Below, in pieces: positions 30,285 through 39,907 of a stretch of 64,000 bases of DNA. The notes under the pieces were generated by a model, which did not search any database, was not told where the DNA came from, and saw only the letters and a program-made list of their open reading frames with translations. The DNA lies in the NCBI GenBank assembly GCA_965223265.1, contig OZ244999.1, positions 4,160,001-4,224,000 on the forward strand, given 5' to 3'. This DNA is from Planctomycetota bacterium. GTDB taxonomy: Bacteria; Planctomycetota; UBA8108; SXIK01. Every line of letters begins with the position of its first letter. The stretch's first letter is position 1. Made by a program: the position numbers and the translations under genes.

Positions 30285-31205
30285 ATGAAAGTCACAAGAT
30301 TATCGATCCTGGCGCTGACAATGATCATTGACATCCTATTCGATCTACGATGCACGCATGCGAATTCCACGGATCAACGCTGGTGGCCCCTCGAGCCGGG
30401 AGCCGCGTGGTGTCTATTTGACGGGCGAGAAGGCTGGGAGGTCTTGATTCTTGGGCGGGAAGACGATGTCTTTCTCGTGCGATACCAGTTCGTAGCGTCC
30501 TTTGGCGACGGTCCTCTCGTAGTGCTTGATTCTCTTGACCTCCGCTTGCGAGAGCAGGGATCTGAGATCGACATCGAGATACAACCGGGAGAGTTTCACC
30601 CGTACGTACGTTTCGATCGAGAGTCATTTACGAGGCGTGATGCTGACTTCTGCTGGGACGATGTCGAGATCGCAGTTGACACCGTAGATTCGATTGAGGT
30701 ACCAGCGGGGCGATTCTCTCAGTGTCGACAGCTCTTTCTTGTCGGTCCCCAGAAGTGCTTTGACAATGGGACTGAAACTCAGGTCTTCTGCCCTGACATA
30801 GGGTTGGTTCATTGGTCATCGATCATCCCCACTGGTGTCGAAAGGAGCGATCTTCGTTCGGCGACCCAGATCGACTGGCCGTTCCGCCGCGGCGACGTCA
30901 ACGCCGACGCTGAAGTCGACATCTCAGATGCCGTTTTGACGTTGAATTTTCTCTTCGACCCCAACATCGACCCGGACGTCGTGCAGTGTCGCGATGCCGC
31001 CGATGTCAACGACGATGGCACCGTCGATATCTCGGACCCGATTTACTCCCTGAACTACCTGTTCGTCGACGGCCCCGGGATTCCGACGCCTACCGAGGAG
31101 TGCGGCGACGACCCGACCGAGGACGATCTCCGCTGCCTTTCGCATCTGCCGTGCGTCGATACTCGCGAGCCCGGGACAATACCAATCGAAGGCGAGTCCA
31201 ACTGA
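30285..31205 (+). CDS. Secreted protein with C-terminal dockerin-like domain
   Basis: Signal peptide; WWPLEPGAAW; IEVPAGRF; FCPDIGLV; FRRGDVNAD...DAADVNDDGTVDISD. Confidence 0.8.
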   Translation: MKVTRLSILALTMIIDILFDLRCTHANSTDQRWWPLEPGAAWCLFDGREGWEVLILGREDDVFLVRYQFVASFGDGPLVVLDSLDLRLREQGSEIDIEIQPGEFHPYVRFDRESFTRRDADFCWDDVEIAVDTVDSIEVPAGRFSQCRQLFLVGPQKCFDNGTETQVFCPDIGLVHWSSIIPTGVERSDLRSATQIDWPFRRGDVNADAEVDISDAVLTLNFLFDPNIDPDVVQCRDAADVNDDGTVDISDPIYSLNYLFVDGPGIPTPTEECGDDPTEDDLRCLSHLPCVDTREPGTIPIEGESN

Positions 31206-31427
31206 TGCACACGGGATTACTCGTCACACCACCTCACCGCCGGAGGAGGAAGCTGCAACGGAGTTGGAACCGTCGCCAACTCGCTCACACGACACTCGCA
31301 CGCTTTGCCGGTCCGTCCCCTCTGCGCATCCTTGGCCCGGCGGACGGGAATACGATGGCGCGCAATCCCGACAGCGGCGACCGAGCCCAGCAGGAGGCCG
31401 AAAGTGCAGCCCGGCTCCAGGTCTCTC

Positions 31428-31784
31428 ATGTCAACGAAGAGAGCAGTCTCGATTACCGTCATCGCCCTCGTCGTCACATCCTACGTATCGGGACAATCCT
31501 CAGAGGACCAGCGCTGGTGGCCTCTTGACCCAGGAAACGCATGGTCCCTTGCTGCGAGTGAAGCGGCCGGCTGGGAAATCCTCGTTCTGGCCCGTACGAA
31601 CGACGTTTCGACGGTTAGGTTTCAACGATGGGCAGCGTTCGGAGGCCCTCCCGAGCTGGTGGGTCCGCCGCTCGATGTACGACTGAGAGAGCAGGGTTCG
31701 GAGATTGACATCGAGCTGTCGCCTGGAGAGTTCCACCCGTGTCTCCGATTCGACGAAGAGACTTTTCTGCGGCGTGACTTTGAC
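31428..31784 (+). pseudogene. Truncated tandem paralog of 30285-31205
   Basis: DQRWWPLDPG, GWEILVL, LDVRLREQGSEIDIE..PGEFHP shared with the upstream gene; cut by the IS at 31785. Confidence 0.8.
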
Positions 31785-33010
31785 CCCGTACGGTCAAAAA
31801 ACTCATGCAGCCTCTCGATGGTAAAACTTCAGAAGCCCACCGAGTCGCTCGCGACGGCAAACGGAACCGTCGTTCGACGAGTCCTCCTTTGACGGGAAGA
31901 GAATGACGTTGCCCTTCCCCTGATGGTTTCGTTCGCCGTGGTGATGAGCGACGTACTCCTGAAGCGCTCGTCGTAGCGACGCTTCCCCGAAGAGGATCAA
32001 TTTGGACAGGCACTCTCCCTTGACTGATCTCACCCACCGTTCCGCGAAGGCGTTCAAGTTTGGGCTCTGCGCAGGCAGTTTGATCGGCTTCACTCCTCCG
32101 GCCTCGATCGTCTCCTGGAACTTCGGACAGAACTTCCCGTCCCGATCGTGAATCAAGTAGCGACAGCCTGCGAGGAAGCCGACGTCGACCATCGTCACGT
32201 TGCGAGCGATCTGCGTCATCCAGCATTCGTTTGGGTACGGCGTCATTCCGGCGACATAGACCCTACGGGTCGCCACCTGCATGAAGAAAAGAACGTAGTA
32301 GGTCACGAGACCGCTTTTCGTCCAGATCTCCGTCGTGAAGAAATCCGTCGCTCCGAGGACGTCCATGTGCGAGCGGATGAACTCCCTCCACGTGGTCGTC
32401 TTCTCTCGCTCCGGCGCTGGTGGGATACCGTTACGTTTCAAGACGTTCCCGACAGTCTGGTCGCTGACCTGGTGACCGAGGTTGGCCAGCGCGCCGGAGA
32501 TTCGATCATAACCCCACGACCGATTGTCCTTTGCGAAGCTAACGATGAGGTCCTCGACTTCCGTCGTCACCCCGGGCCGACCTGGGTACTTCCGTTTCTT
32601 CGAGCCATCAAACTTCTTCGCCACGAGCTTCCGGTGCCAGGCCAAGATCGTCTCCGGCTTGACGATCGTCGCCACCTCCTCGAGAACCTTCTTTCCGAGC
32701 TTCTTGCCGATCTCTGCCAACGTCTTTCGCTCGCCGTCGGTCAGTTGCAACCGTCCCTTGATCTGGGCGCGCAGGATCCGATTCTCGGTCACGAGATACT
32801 CGTTTCTCAGCAGCAACTCCTCATCGATTGAGCCTGTGATGTAGGCCAACATCTTCTTCCAGTCCATCGCCTCTCTACCGACCACGCTTCTGACTTCGAA
32901 ACCGGTCAGTATCCGATCGCGACCCGCGCTGAATCAAGCCCGACGGCAGGTCGTGGCGGGGACCATAAGTCGATCGATTCAAAGGCGTTCGCATATTTTG
33001 ACCCTACGGG
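31785..33010 (-). mobile_element. IS-like element with integrase-core transposase, 1226 bp
   Basis: 15-bp IR cccgtacggtcaaaa / ttttgaccctacggg; no TSD seen. Confidence 0.75.
31803..32867 (-). CDS. Integrase-core (rve) DDE transposase
   Basis: [55 protein letters not shown]. Confidence 0.9.
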   Translation of the reverse strand: MDWKKMLAYITGSIDEELLLRNEYLVTENRILRAQIKGRLQLTDGERKTLAEIGKKLGKKVLEEVATIVKPETILAWHRKLVAKKFDGSKKRKYPGRPGVTTEVEDLIVSFAKDNRSWGYDRISGALANLGHQVSDQTVGNVLKRNGIPPAPEREKTTTWREFIRSHMDVLGATDFFTTEIWTKSGLVTYYVLFFMQVATRRVYVAGMTPYPNECWMTQIARNVTMVDVGFLAGCRYLIHDRDGKFCPKFQETIEAGGVKPIKLPAQSPNLNAFAERWVRSVKGECLSKLILFGEASLRRALQEYVAHHHGERNHQGKGNVILFPSKEDSSNDGSVCRRERLGGLLKFYHREAA

Positions 33011-33166
33011 TTCGCAGCTTTGTGCGCCGCCGCGTGGAGTTTCTCGAGGCGGCTCTGGCCGAGGGATCCCGAGTGCCCTAGTCCGACTCGTCCGCACTCG
33101 GTTCGCCGCGATGTTGTGGCGTAACACGGAGCGATTGAGCTCGTGTCTTCCCACACCACTCCGATC

Positions 33167-34060
33167 TCACCGCCGGCTCTGAGGAGTCCCGCCGCGGATC
33201 TTCAATAGCGCCTCCGCGACGGCCGCTTTCAGATCTTCGTCGTCGTCGCGCACCGCCATCTCTTCCAGCGCCGGGATCGCCGCCTCTGCAGTCGGTCCGA
33301 TCCGTCCCAGCGAGCGCACGGCGTAGAATCGTGCCGTTGCGTCGTCGTCCTCTTGCGCGAGCGCGACGAGATCGAGCACGGCTGGCGTGCCGTACGGGCC
33401 ATACTTGCCGAGCGCTTGCGCGGCATTCGCCCGCACGCCGGTCGTCGCGTCACTCAGCGCGGCTTGCAAAAACGGAACCGCAGATTTGGACGGTTCTCCA
33501 CCATGCACCTCAGCGACAATCTCCAGACACTCAGCAGCGAGCGCTCGCACCCCGTCGCTTGGATCGTCCCGCAGCAGCGCGCTGATGGCGGAGACCGATG
33601 CAGGGCCGATCTTCAGCAGCGCATAGAAGCCGAAAAACTTGAGCGTGTCTGATTCCTCACCGAGCAGATCAGCCAGCGGCGTAGCCGCAGGTTCGCCAAC
33701 CTGAATCAGAGCTTGAGACGCCGCCGGAAACACAGGATAGGCACCGCGCCCAGTGCCTGGAATGCGGACGTTTGGATCTCGCGGCTCCCACTCGATCGTG
33801 TCGAAGAGCTCACTGATATCTGACGGTAGCCCGTCGACACTTCTCCGCGCGGCGTCAACGAGACGCGGCACGACTCGCCGCGGATCAGCGCTAGCGAGCC
33901 ACGCAACCGCCTGGCCGTCGACCTCACTTCCGGACTCCAAGCGAGCAAGGTACCAGCGTTCCAGGATCGGTCGCCGCAGCGCGATCCCGGCCGCGACAAG
34001 GACGAGAACGCCGATTATGATGGCCACAGAGACGACCGGTTTCTTGCTCGAACGATGCAT
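33167..34060 (-). CDS. Membrane-anchored HEAT-repeat protein
   Basis: N-terminal TM; VRALAAECL, VRANAAQALG, ARFYAVRSLGRIGP, AVAEALLKI. Confidence 0.8.
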   Translation of the reverse strand: MHRSSKKPVVSVAIIIGVLVLVAAGIALRRPILERWYLARLESGSEVDGQAVAWLASADPRRVVPRLVDAARRSVDGLPSDISELFDTIEWEPRDPNVRIPGTGRGAYPVFPAASQALIQVGEPAATPLADLLGEESDTLKFFGFYALLKIGPASVSAISALLRDDPSDGVRALAAECLEIVAEVHGGEPSKSAVPFLQAALSDATTGVRANAAQALGKYGPYGTPAVLDLVALAQEDDDATARFYAVRSLGRIGPTAEAAIPALEEMAVRDDDEDLKAAVAEALLKIRGGTPQSRR

Positions 34061-34249
34061 ACAGAAAGTCCCCCGGCGAACCAAAACGACGAACAGTCAG
34101 CTCACCTGTTGTCGCCCAAACCGGCAGTGGGTTTCAGCGATTCCATGAATTCCTGAAATCCAGTACGACGATCTGCGTAGAGCGATCCACCGCCGCGCTG
34201 GCGCAAAGATCGTTGACCAGCCGGCTCTGCACGTGGACACTCGAGGTCT

Positions 34250-35332
34250 ATGAAACGTCGAGAAGCAACGTCAACCGAACTCATCCAGACGACTGCGAAG
34301 GGCGCTGCGACGATCAAGCCGGAGGACGCCCACGTCGCCATGGAGTTCGAGCACACCAGCCCGTTCATCTGCTGCCGCCTCGACCCGCAGGGTCGCTTTG
34401 CATTCGGCAGCGCCGAAGACAGCCGCATCCAGCGCTGGAACATCGCCACCGGCGCCAAGACGGAACTGCAACTCCACGACAGTTGGATCTTCGCCATGGC
34501 GCTTCTCCCGGACGGGGAAACGCTCATCTCGGCTGGTGGAGACGGCCGCGTCGTCTGGTGGCCCGCCAGCGCCGAAAAGCCCGAGCCGTCCCGCGTCGTC
34601 CAGGGCCATCCCGGCTGGATTCGGTTCGTTGCGGTGAGCCCCGACGGTCAACGCATCGCCTCGGCCGGCAGCGACCGAGTTGTGCGTTTGTGGAACGCCG
34701 TCGACGGAACACTCGAGCACGAATTGACGGGACACAAACTCGACGTCTACAGTGTCGCGTTTCACCCGAGCGGTGAGTTTCTCATTTCAGGCGACCTTCT
34801 AGGTGAAGTGCGGCAGTGGGAAGCAAAGACGGGAAAGTACATGCGCTCCTGCGACGCCAAGGCGCTCCACACCTACAATGGCGGCCAGGGCGTCCACTAC
34901 GGCGGCGTGCGCGACGTCTGCGTCAGCCTCGACGGTCAGCGCTTGTCAGCCTGCGGTCTCCACCGCGCACCAAACCCCCTCGCCGGCGTCAACGAACCGA
35001 TCGCGCTCGTCTTCGATTGGGAGAGCGGCGAGAAGGTCGAGCAGTTTGAAATGAAAGGCGTCCGTGCACTCGCGTGGCGCGCGATCTTTCATGCCTCCGG
35101 ATTTCTGATCGGCGGCGCCGGTGGGCACACGGGCGGCTACATTCTCTTTTGGAAGAACGGCGAGACCGACGAGGTGCACCGGTTCGTTTTGCCGAACACG
35201 GCCCGCAGCATGGACCTGCATCCCAGCGGCGTCGACGTGCTGACAGGTCACTACGACAACAAGGTGCGCCTCACCCGGCTGACGAAAAAGCCCGCAGACG
35301 ATCCGCAAGCGGCCCAGAAGCCGGACGCCTAG
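34250..35332 (+). CDS. WD40-repeat protein
   Basis: HDSWIFAM, GHPGWIRFVAVSPDG, GHKLDVYSVAFHPSG. Confidence 0.9.
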   Translation: MKRREATSTELIQTTAKGAATIKPEDAHVAMEFEHTSPFICCRLDPQGRFAFGSAEDSRIQRWNIATGAKTELQLHDSWIFAMALLPDGETLISAGGDGRVVWWPASAEKPEPSRVVQGHPGWIRFVAVSPDGQRIASAGSDRVVRLWNAVDGTLEHELTGHKLDVYSVAFHPSGEFLISGDLLGEVRQWEAKTGKYMRSCDAKALHTYNGGQGVHYGGVRDVCVSLDGQRLSACGLHRAPNPLAGVNEPIALVFDWESGEKVEQFEMKGVRALAWRAIFHASGFLIGGAGGHTGGYILFWKNGETDEVHRFVLPNTARSMDLHPSGVDVLTGHYDNKVRLTRLTKKPADDPQAAQKPDA

Positions 35333-35484
35333 ACGCAAACCGGGTGAAACAGCGCAGTCGAGCGGGTCCGTCAGCGCGCTGAAGCACTGCCTCGAAGGCG
35401 TCTGTCGGTGCTCCCCATGGGCCGCCCGAACGTCCTCAAAGGCTCATTTTTGTTGCACTTCGGACGCCCAACACGTCAGATGAG

Positions 35485-38448
35485 TTGGTCATCGTCTCAC
35501 GGACCTCCCTCACCGGCCGGTCCGTGCTGGAATTCGGTCCGCGCCAGAAATCTATCGTGTCAGACGCCAACGCATTCCCGCGCAGCCTCTTTGTTCGACC
35601 GCTCGGCCTCGCGTTCACACTACTTTGGGCCACCACCGCGCTGTCGTCACCCGCGCCGCTCCACCAGCGCATCGACGCGCGCATCGACGCAGGCCACATC
35701 GGGACAACCGGCGCCCTCACGAACGATGAGGACTTTCTCCGTCGTGTGCACCTCGATTTGACGGGACGCATCCCGCCGGCCGCCGAGCTCCGCGCATTCC
35801 TCGCTGACAAAGATCCCCTGAAGCGCAGCCAACGGATCGACGCTCTCCTCGCCAGCCCTGACCACGTCCGCCATCTGCAGACGGTCTTTGACGTCATGCT
35901 CATGGAACGGCGAAGCGCACGGCAGATCGGCGATGCGGAATGGCGGGAGTATCTCTACAGCTCGTTTCGCGAGCGCAAACCGTACAATCGGCTGGCGATG
36001 GAAATCCTGCGCGCCGACGCTCCGGCCGGCCCGCTGCGCCCAGCGACGAAGTTCTATCTGGACCGTGACGGCGAGGTGAACGCGCTCACGCGTGACGTCG
36101 GTCGACTCTTCTTCGGGCTCGATCTGGAATGCGCGCAGTGCCACGACCATCCGTCTATCGACGACTACCTGCAAAAGAACTACTACGAGCTCTTTGCGTT
36201 TTTGAGCCGCAGCTATCAGGTCGAAGAGAAGCGCTCGTCACTTCAGCTGATCGCGGAGCGAGCTGACGGCGAAGCCACGTTCAAGTCCGTGTTCACAGAC
36301 GAGGAAGGCCAATCCCAACCGCGTCTTCCGGGCGGTATGGAATTGATGGATCCGAAGTTTCACGACGGGCTTTACAAGCGACGTCCCGGCGAAGGGATGC
36401 CGGGCGTGCCGACCTACAGCCGACGGGAACGCCTGGCCGCCGCCGCTGGCGCTGGCACCAACGAAGCCTTCGCACGCAACATCGCCAACCGCCTTTGGGC
36501 GCTAATGATGGGCCGCGGGCTTGTGCATCCGCCAGACCTACACCACTCAGACAACCCAGCAACGCATCCGGCTTTGCTGGCCGAGCTGGCCACAGCCTTG
36601 ATGGATATGGAGTACGACGTCTCAAGATTCCTCGGCGAGATCGCTCGCTCACGCACCTACCAGCGAGCCAGCGCGCCGCCACCACTCGCCATCGATGCGA
36701 AACGCGCGAGCGATCTCTTGCAAACGCGCAGACAGGAAACCGAGGCACTGCGCGCCGCCGTGGAGCAGGCGAAGACGTTATGGAAGAAGCGCGAGACCGA
36801 ACTCAAGCGCGCAGTCGATGCCCTGGCAGCCAGCGACTACACCGAGGCCACGGCGGCCGAAGCGAAGGCCAAGGACGAGGTCTTCGGAGCGAATGCCGCG
36901 CTGGTGCAAGGCCAGCGAGCCGTCGTGGAGAAAGAAGCGGCCCTGGAGCTCGCGCGGCAAGCCGCGGAGCTCGCCGATGCCGCAGCCAAAAGCAGCGAGC
37001 CTCAGGCCGAGAAACTGGCTGAGACGGCGAGGAACCTGCGCGAACGCGCCACCAAACTCGTAGCTGAAGTCGATAAGGCTAGAGAAGCCTTCCCGGCGCT
37101 CGAAGCAAAGATTCGCACTGCTGAACTCGCGCTTCCCACTGCAGTAGCGCGAACATCAGCTGTCGCTGCGAGCGGTCGACCTCTCGCGGCCAACGTAACA
37201 GAGCATCATCGTAACGCCGACGTCGCCAAGCGAGACTTCGAGGCAGCGAAGCGCGGATGGGAAGAATCTCGATACGCCATAGAGGAAAACGAGCTTCTCG
37301 TTCGAGCTCTCGAGCTCGTTGCCGAGAGGGATGCCGCCCAACAAGCCTTTTCACCCGTCGCCGAACGGCATGGGACGCTACGCGGCGTGCTCGCAAAGAC
37401 GCGAGAAGAGCTCGCAAAAATGCAGGCTGCAAACACCGCCGCGTACGATCAGGCCAGTGCATCTGAAGTCACAATCGAAAAAACAAGAACCGCGCTCGCC
37501 CCAAAGCGGCAGGCTGCCAAACTGATCGACGATGCCCAGAAGCAAGTGTACTCCGCTCTCGAAAAACTGCCCGACGACAAGACCCTGAGGACGGCCCTGG
37601 CGTCGCTCGAGAAGGAAAGCGCTAGAGCGACGCAGGAAGTCAAAAAGCTGGAGGCGACGCTGGCGGAAGCGACGAAGAAACTGGAGTCCGCCAACAAGAC
37701 GATCAAGAGCTCCGAAGGCACGATCGCTAAGGCGCAAACGGACGCGGATCGGATCGAATCTGAAATCGACTCGTTCGCAGCGGAGTTCGACTCTTTGAAA
37801 GTCGTAGCGGACAAAGCCACGATCGCGGCGACGGAGGCCGAAAAAGAGCTACTCGAGGTGTGGCGCCGCCGCTTCGCCGTCGCCAGTCTGAAGCCGCTCT
37901 CGCCCGAGCAGCTGGGATGGAGTGCGCTGCGCGCGCTTGGCCTCGTCGATCGCCAACTGCAAAAAGAACTCGGTGGCACGAAATCCAAAGACGGCTCGAA
38001 AACGCAAGATGGTATCGAGATCGCGTTTGCCGCCGAACGCGCCACGCACAAGGCGCTTCGCGGCAAGGTCGACATCTTCATCCGTCTCTACGGCGGCATT
38101 CCTGGTTCTGATGAACGCGAGTTCCAAGCGACCGCCCAACAAGCGCTGTTCATGATGAACAGTGGTGAGATCCACGGACTGCTGAAGCCCGCAGACGACA
38201 ACCTCGCCGCAAAGCTCCTCCAGATCGAACCAGCTGCACTCGCTGACGAACTCTATCTGAGCGTACTCTCACGTCGTCCGACGGCAGCGGAGACGCAAAC
38301 CGTCACCGCCTATCTCGAGTCTGTCGCCGACGCGGCGACAGAAGAACAGTCGGCAACCACCAAAAAGACAACTGCCCACAAGACCGCAGCGGTTGAGGAT
38401 CTGATCTGGGCGCTTCTGACGTCGGCGGAGTTTCGCTTCAATCGGTAG
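35485..38448 (+). CDS. DUF1549/DUF1553 protein with long coiled-coil insert (start uncertain)
   Basis: FLRRVHLDLTGRIP, CAQCHDHP, NRLWALMMGRGLVHP, EDLIWALLTSAEFRFNR; Ala/Glu/Lys-rich insert. Confidence 0.88.
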   Translation: MVIVSRTSLTGRSVLEFGPRQKSIVSDANAFPRSLFVRPLGLAFTLLWATTALSSPAPLHQRIDARIDAGHIGTTGALTNDEDFLRRVHLDLTGRIPPAAELRAFLADKDPLKRSQRIDALLASPDHVRHLQTVFDVMLMERRSARQIGDAEWREYLYSSFRERKPYNRLAMEILRADAPAGPLRPATKFYLDRDGEVNALTRDVGRLFFGLDLECAQCHDHPSIDDYLQKNYYELFAFLSRSYQVEEKRSSLQLIAERADGEATFKSVFTDEEGQSQPRLPGGMELMDPKFHDGLYKRRPGEGMPGVPTYSRRERLAAAAGAGTNEAFARNIANRLWALMMGRGLVHPPDLHHSDNPATHPALLAELATALMDMEYDVSRFLGEIARSRTYQRASAPPPLAIDAKRASDLLQTRRQETEALRAAVEQAKTLWKKRETELKRAVDALAASDYTEATAAEAKAKDEVFGANAALVQGQRAVVEKEAALELARQAAELADAAAKSSEPQAEKLAETARNLRERATKLVAEVDKAREAFPALEAKIRTAELALPTAVARTSAVAASGRPLAANVTEHHRNADVAKRDFEAAKRGWEESRYAIEENELLVRALELVAERDAAQQAFSPVAERHGTLRGVLAKTREELAKMQAANTAAYDQASASEVTIEKTRTALAPKRQAAKLIDDAQKQVYSALEKLPDDKTLRTALASLEKESARATQEVKKLEATLAEATKKLESANKTIKSSEGTIAKAQTDADRIESEIDSFAAEFDSLKVVADKATIAATEAEKELLEVWRRRFAVASLKPLSPEQLGWSALRALGLVDRQLQKELGGTKSKDGSKTQDGIEIAFAAERATHKALRGKVDIFIRLYGGIPGSDEREFQATAQQALFMMNSGEIHGLLKPADDNLAAKLLQIEPAALADELYLSVLSRRPTAAETQTVTAYLESVADAATEEQSATTKKTTAHKTAAVEDLIWALLTSAEFRFNR

Positions 38449-38534
38449 ATAGCGGCGAAGCGCTCCGGGTACCCTTGTATTCACTGCAACACGAAAAAGA
38501 GTGACAGCCGCTCAGCGGCGGAGGAAGAGCAACC

Positions 38535-39824
38535 ATGAACTGTGACTATGCGTGCAACTCCCCAGAGCACACATTGGCGCGGCGGACTTTCCTTGGCGGG
38601 CTGTTGGCTGGCGCTGGTGGCGCGTCGCTGTTGAACGTCCCGGCGTTCGCGCAGCCGGAGATCGCCAAGCAGATGGCCGCGCAGCAAAAGAACATGCTGC
38701 TGATCTGGCTCGCCGGCGGCGTCAGTCAGTTCGAGACGTGGGACCCCAAACCGGGCACGCGGACCGGCGGCCCGTTCCGCGCCATTCCCTCATCCGTCCC
38801 CGGCACGCACGTCTCGGAGCTCATCCCCCACACGGCGAAGCAGATGCATCGCCTGTCGCTGATTCGCAGTATCGACACCGGCACGACCGATCACGGCTTG
38901 GGCGCCTACGAAATGCGCAAAGGGCACCGCAAGCAACCCGGACGCGAGTATCCTGAGCTTGGTGCGGTGTGTGCCAAAGGACTCGACGACGGCCAGCGAA
39001 CGCTACCAGGTTTCATCCGCGTCACCGGCGGCGGCGGCGGCACCGGCAGAGACTCGGCTTACCTTGGACCGCGCTATGCGAGCCTCAGCGTCGGTGCTGG
39101 AAAGCCGCCCATCTACTCGGAACCGCCAAAGGGCATCGAAGCGGCAGCCTACCGCCGCCGCCAACAGCTGCGTGCGCAACTCGGGCAGCAGTTCACGCAA
39201 AAGCGCCGCACTGCCAGCACGGATGCGTTCACCCACTCGTTCGACCAGGCTGCGGCACTCATGGAACGCCGCGACATCTTCGACTCGAGCCGTGAACCCG
39301 AGAAACTCAAGGAACGCTACGGCCATCACCAGTTCGGAAGGCACTGTTTGATGGCCCGCCGCCTACTCGAACACGGCGCTTCGTTCGTCGAGGTCACGCA
39401 CTCGAACTACGATACGCACAACGAGAACTTCATCTTCCACCTCGAACAGATGGGTGAGTTCGACCGCACGTTCGCCACGCTCATCGATGACATGGCGCAG
39501 CGCGGCATGCTCGAGAACACGTTCGTTCTCGTCATGTCGGAGTTCGGCCGCACACCAAAGATCAATCGCAAGTACGGTCGTGACCACTGGGGCAAGTCCT
39601 GGTCCGTCGCCATGGCAGGGAGCGGCGTCCATCCCGGTGCCGTCGTCGGCACGACGAACGAGACAGGCGAAGAGGTCACAGACCGTCCTGTCGACCACGC
39701 CGATCTCTTCCACACCTTCTTGAGGGCCGTCGGGATCGACTCGAAGAGCGATTTCATCATCGCGGGGAAACCGGTCCCGGTTGCGGATCCCGCTGCTGAC
39801 GCGATCGAAGAGATCCTGATCTGA
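38535..39824 (+). CDS. DUF1501 protein (Tat signal)
   Basis: [38 protein letters not shown]. Confidence 0.92.
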   Translation: MNCDYACNSPEHTLARRTFLGGLLAGAGGASLLNVPAFAQPEIAKQMAAQQKNMLLIWLAGGVSQFETWDPKPGTRTGGPFRAIPSSVPGTHVSELIPHTAKQMHRLSLIRSIDTGTTDHGLGAYEMRKGHRKQPGREYPELGAVCAKGLDDGQRTLPGFIRVTGGGGGTGRDSAYLGPRYASLSVGAGKPPIYSEPPKGIEAAAYRRRQQLRAQLGQQFTQKRRTASTDAFTHSFDQAAALMERRDIFDSSREPEKLKERYGHHQFGRHCLMARRLLEHGASFVEVTHSNYDTHNENFIFHLEQMGEFDRTFATLIDDMAQRGMLENTFVLVMSEFGRTPKINRKYGRDHWGKSWSVAMAGSGVHPGAVVGTTNETGEEVTDRPVDHADLFHTFLRAVGIDSKSDFIIAGKPVPVADPAADAIEEILI

Positions 39825-39907
39825 TCTCGCACACTCCTTCGAGGCCACCGAACTCTCTCGTCGCAACCGCGCCCCTGCGGTACGTGAGAAGCATTCGAGG
39901 ATTCCGC

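Larger units (their letters stand above)
13180..33010. mobile_element. tRNA-Pro-associated genomic island (right boundary approximate)
   Basis: Integrases next to the tRNA, visibly AT-richer cargo (22.2-24.3 kb, 28.4-30.9 kb), four nested elements; no second tRNA-Pro 3' copy spotted by eye. Confidence 0.7.
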
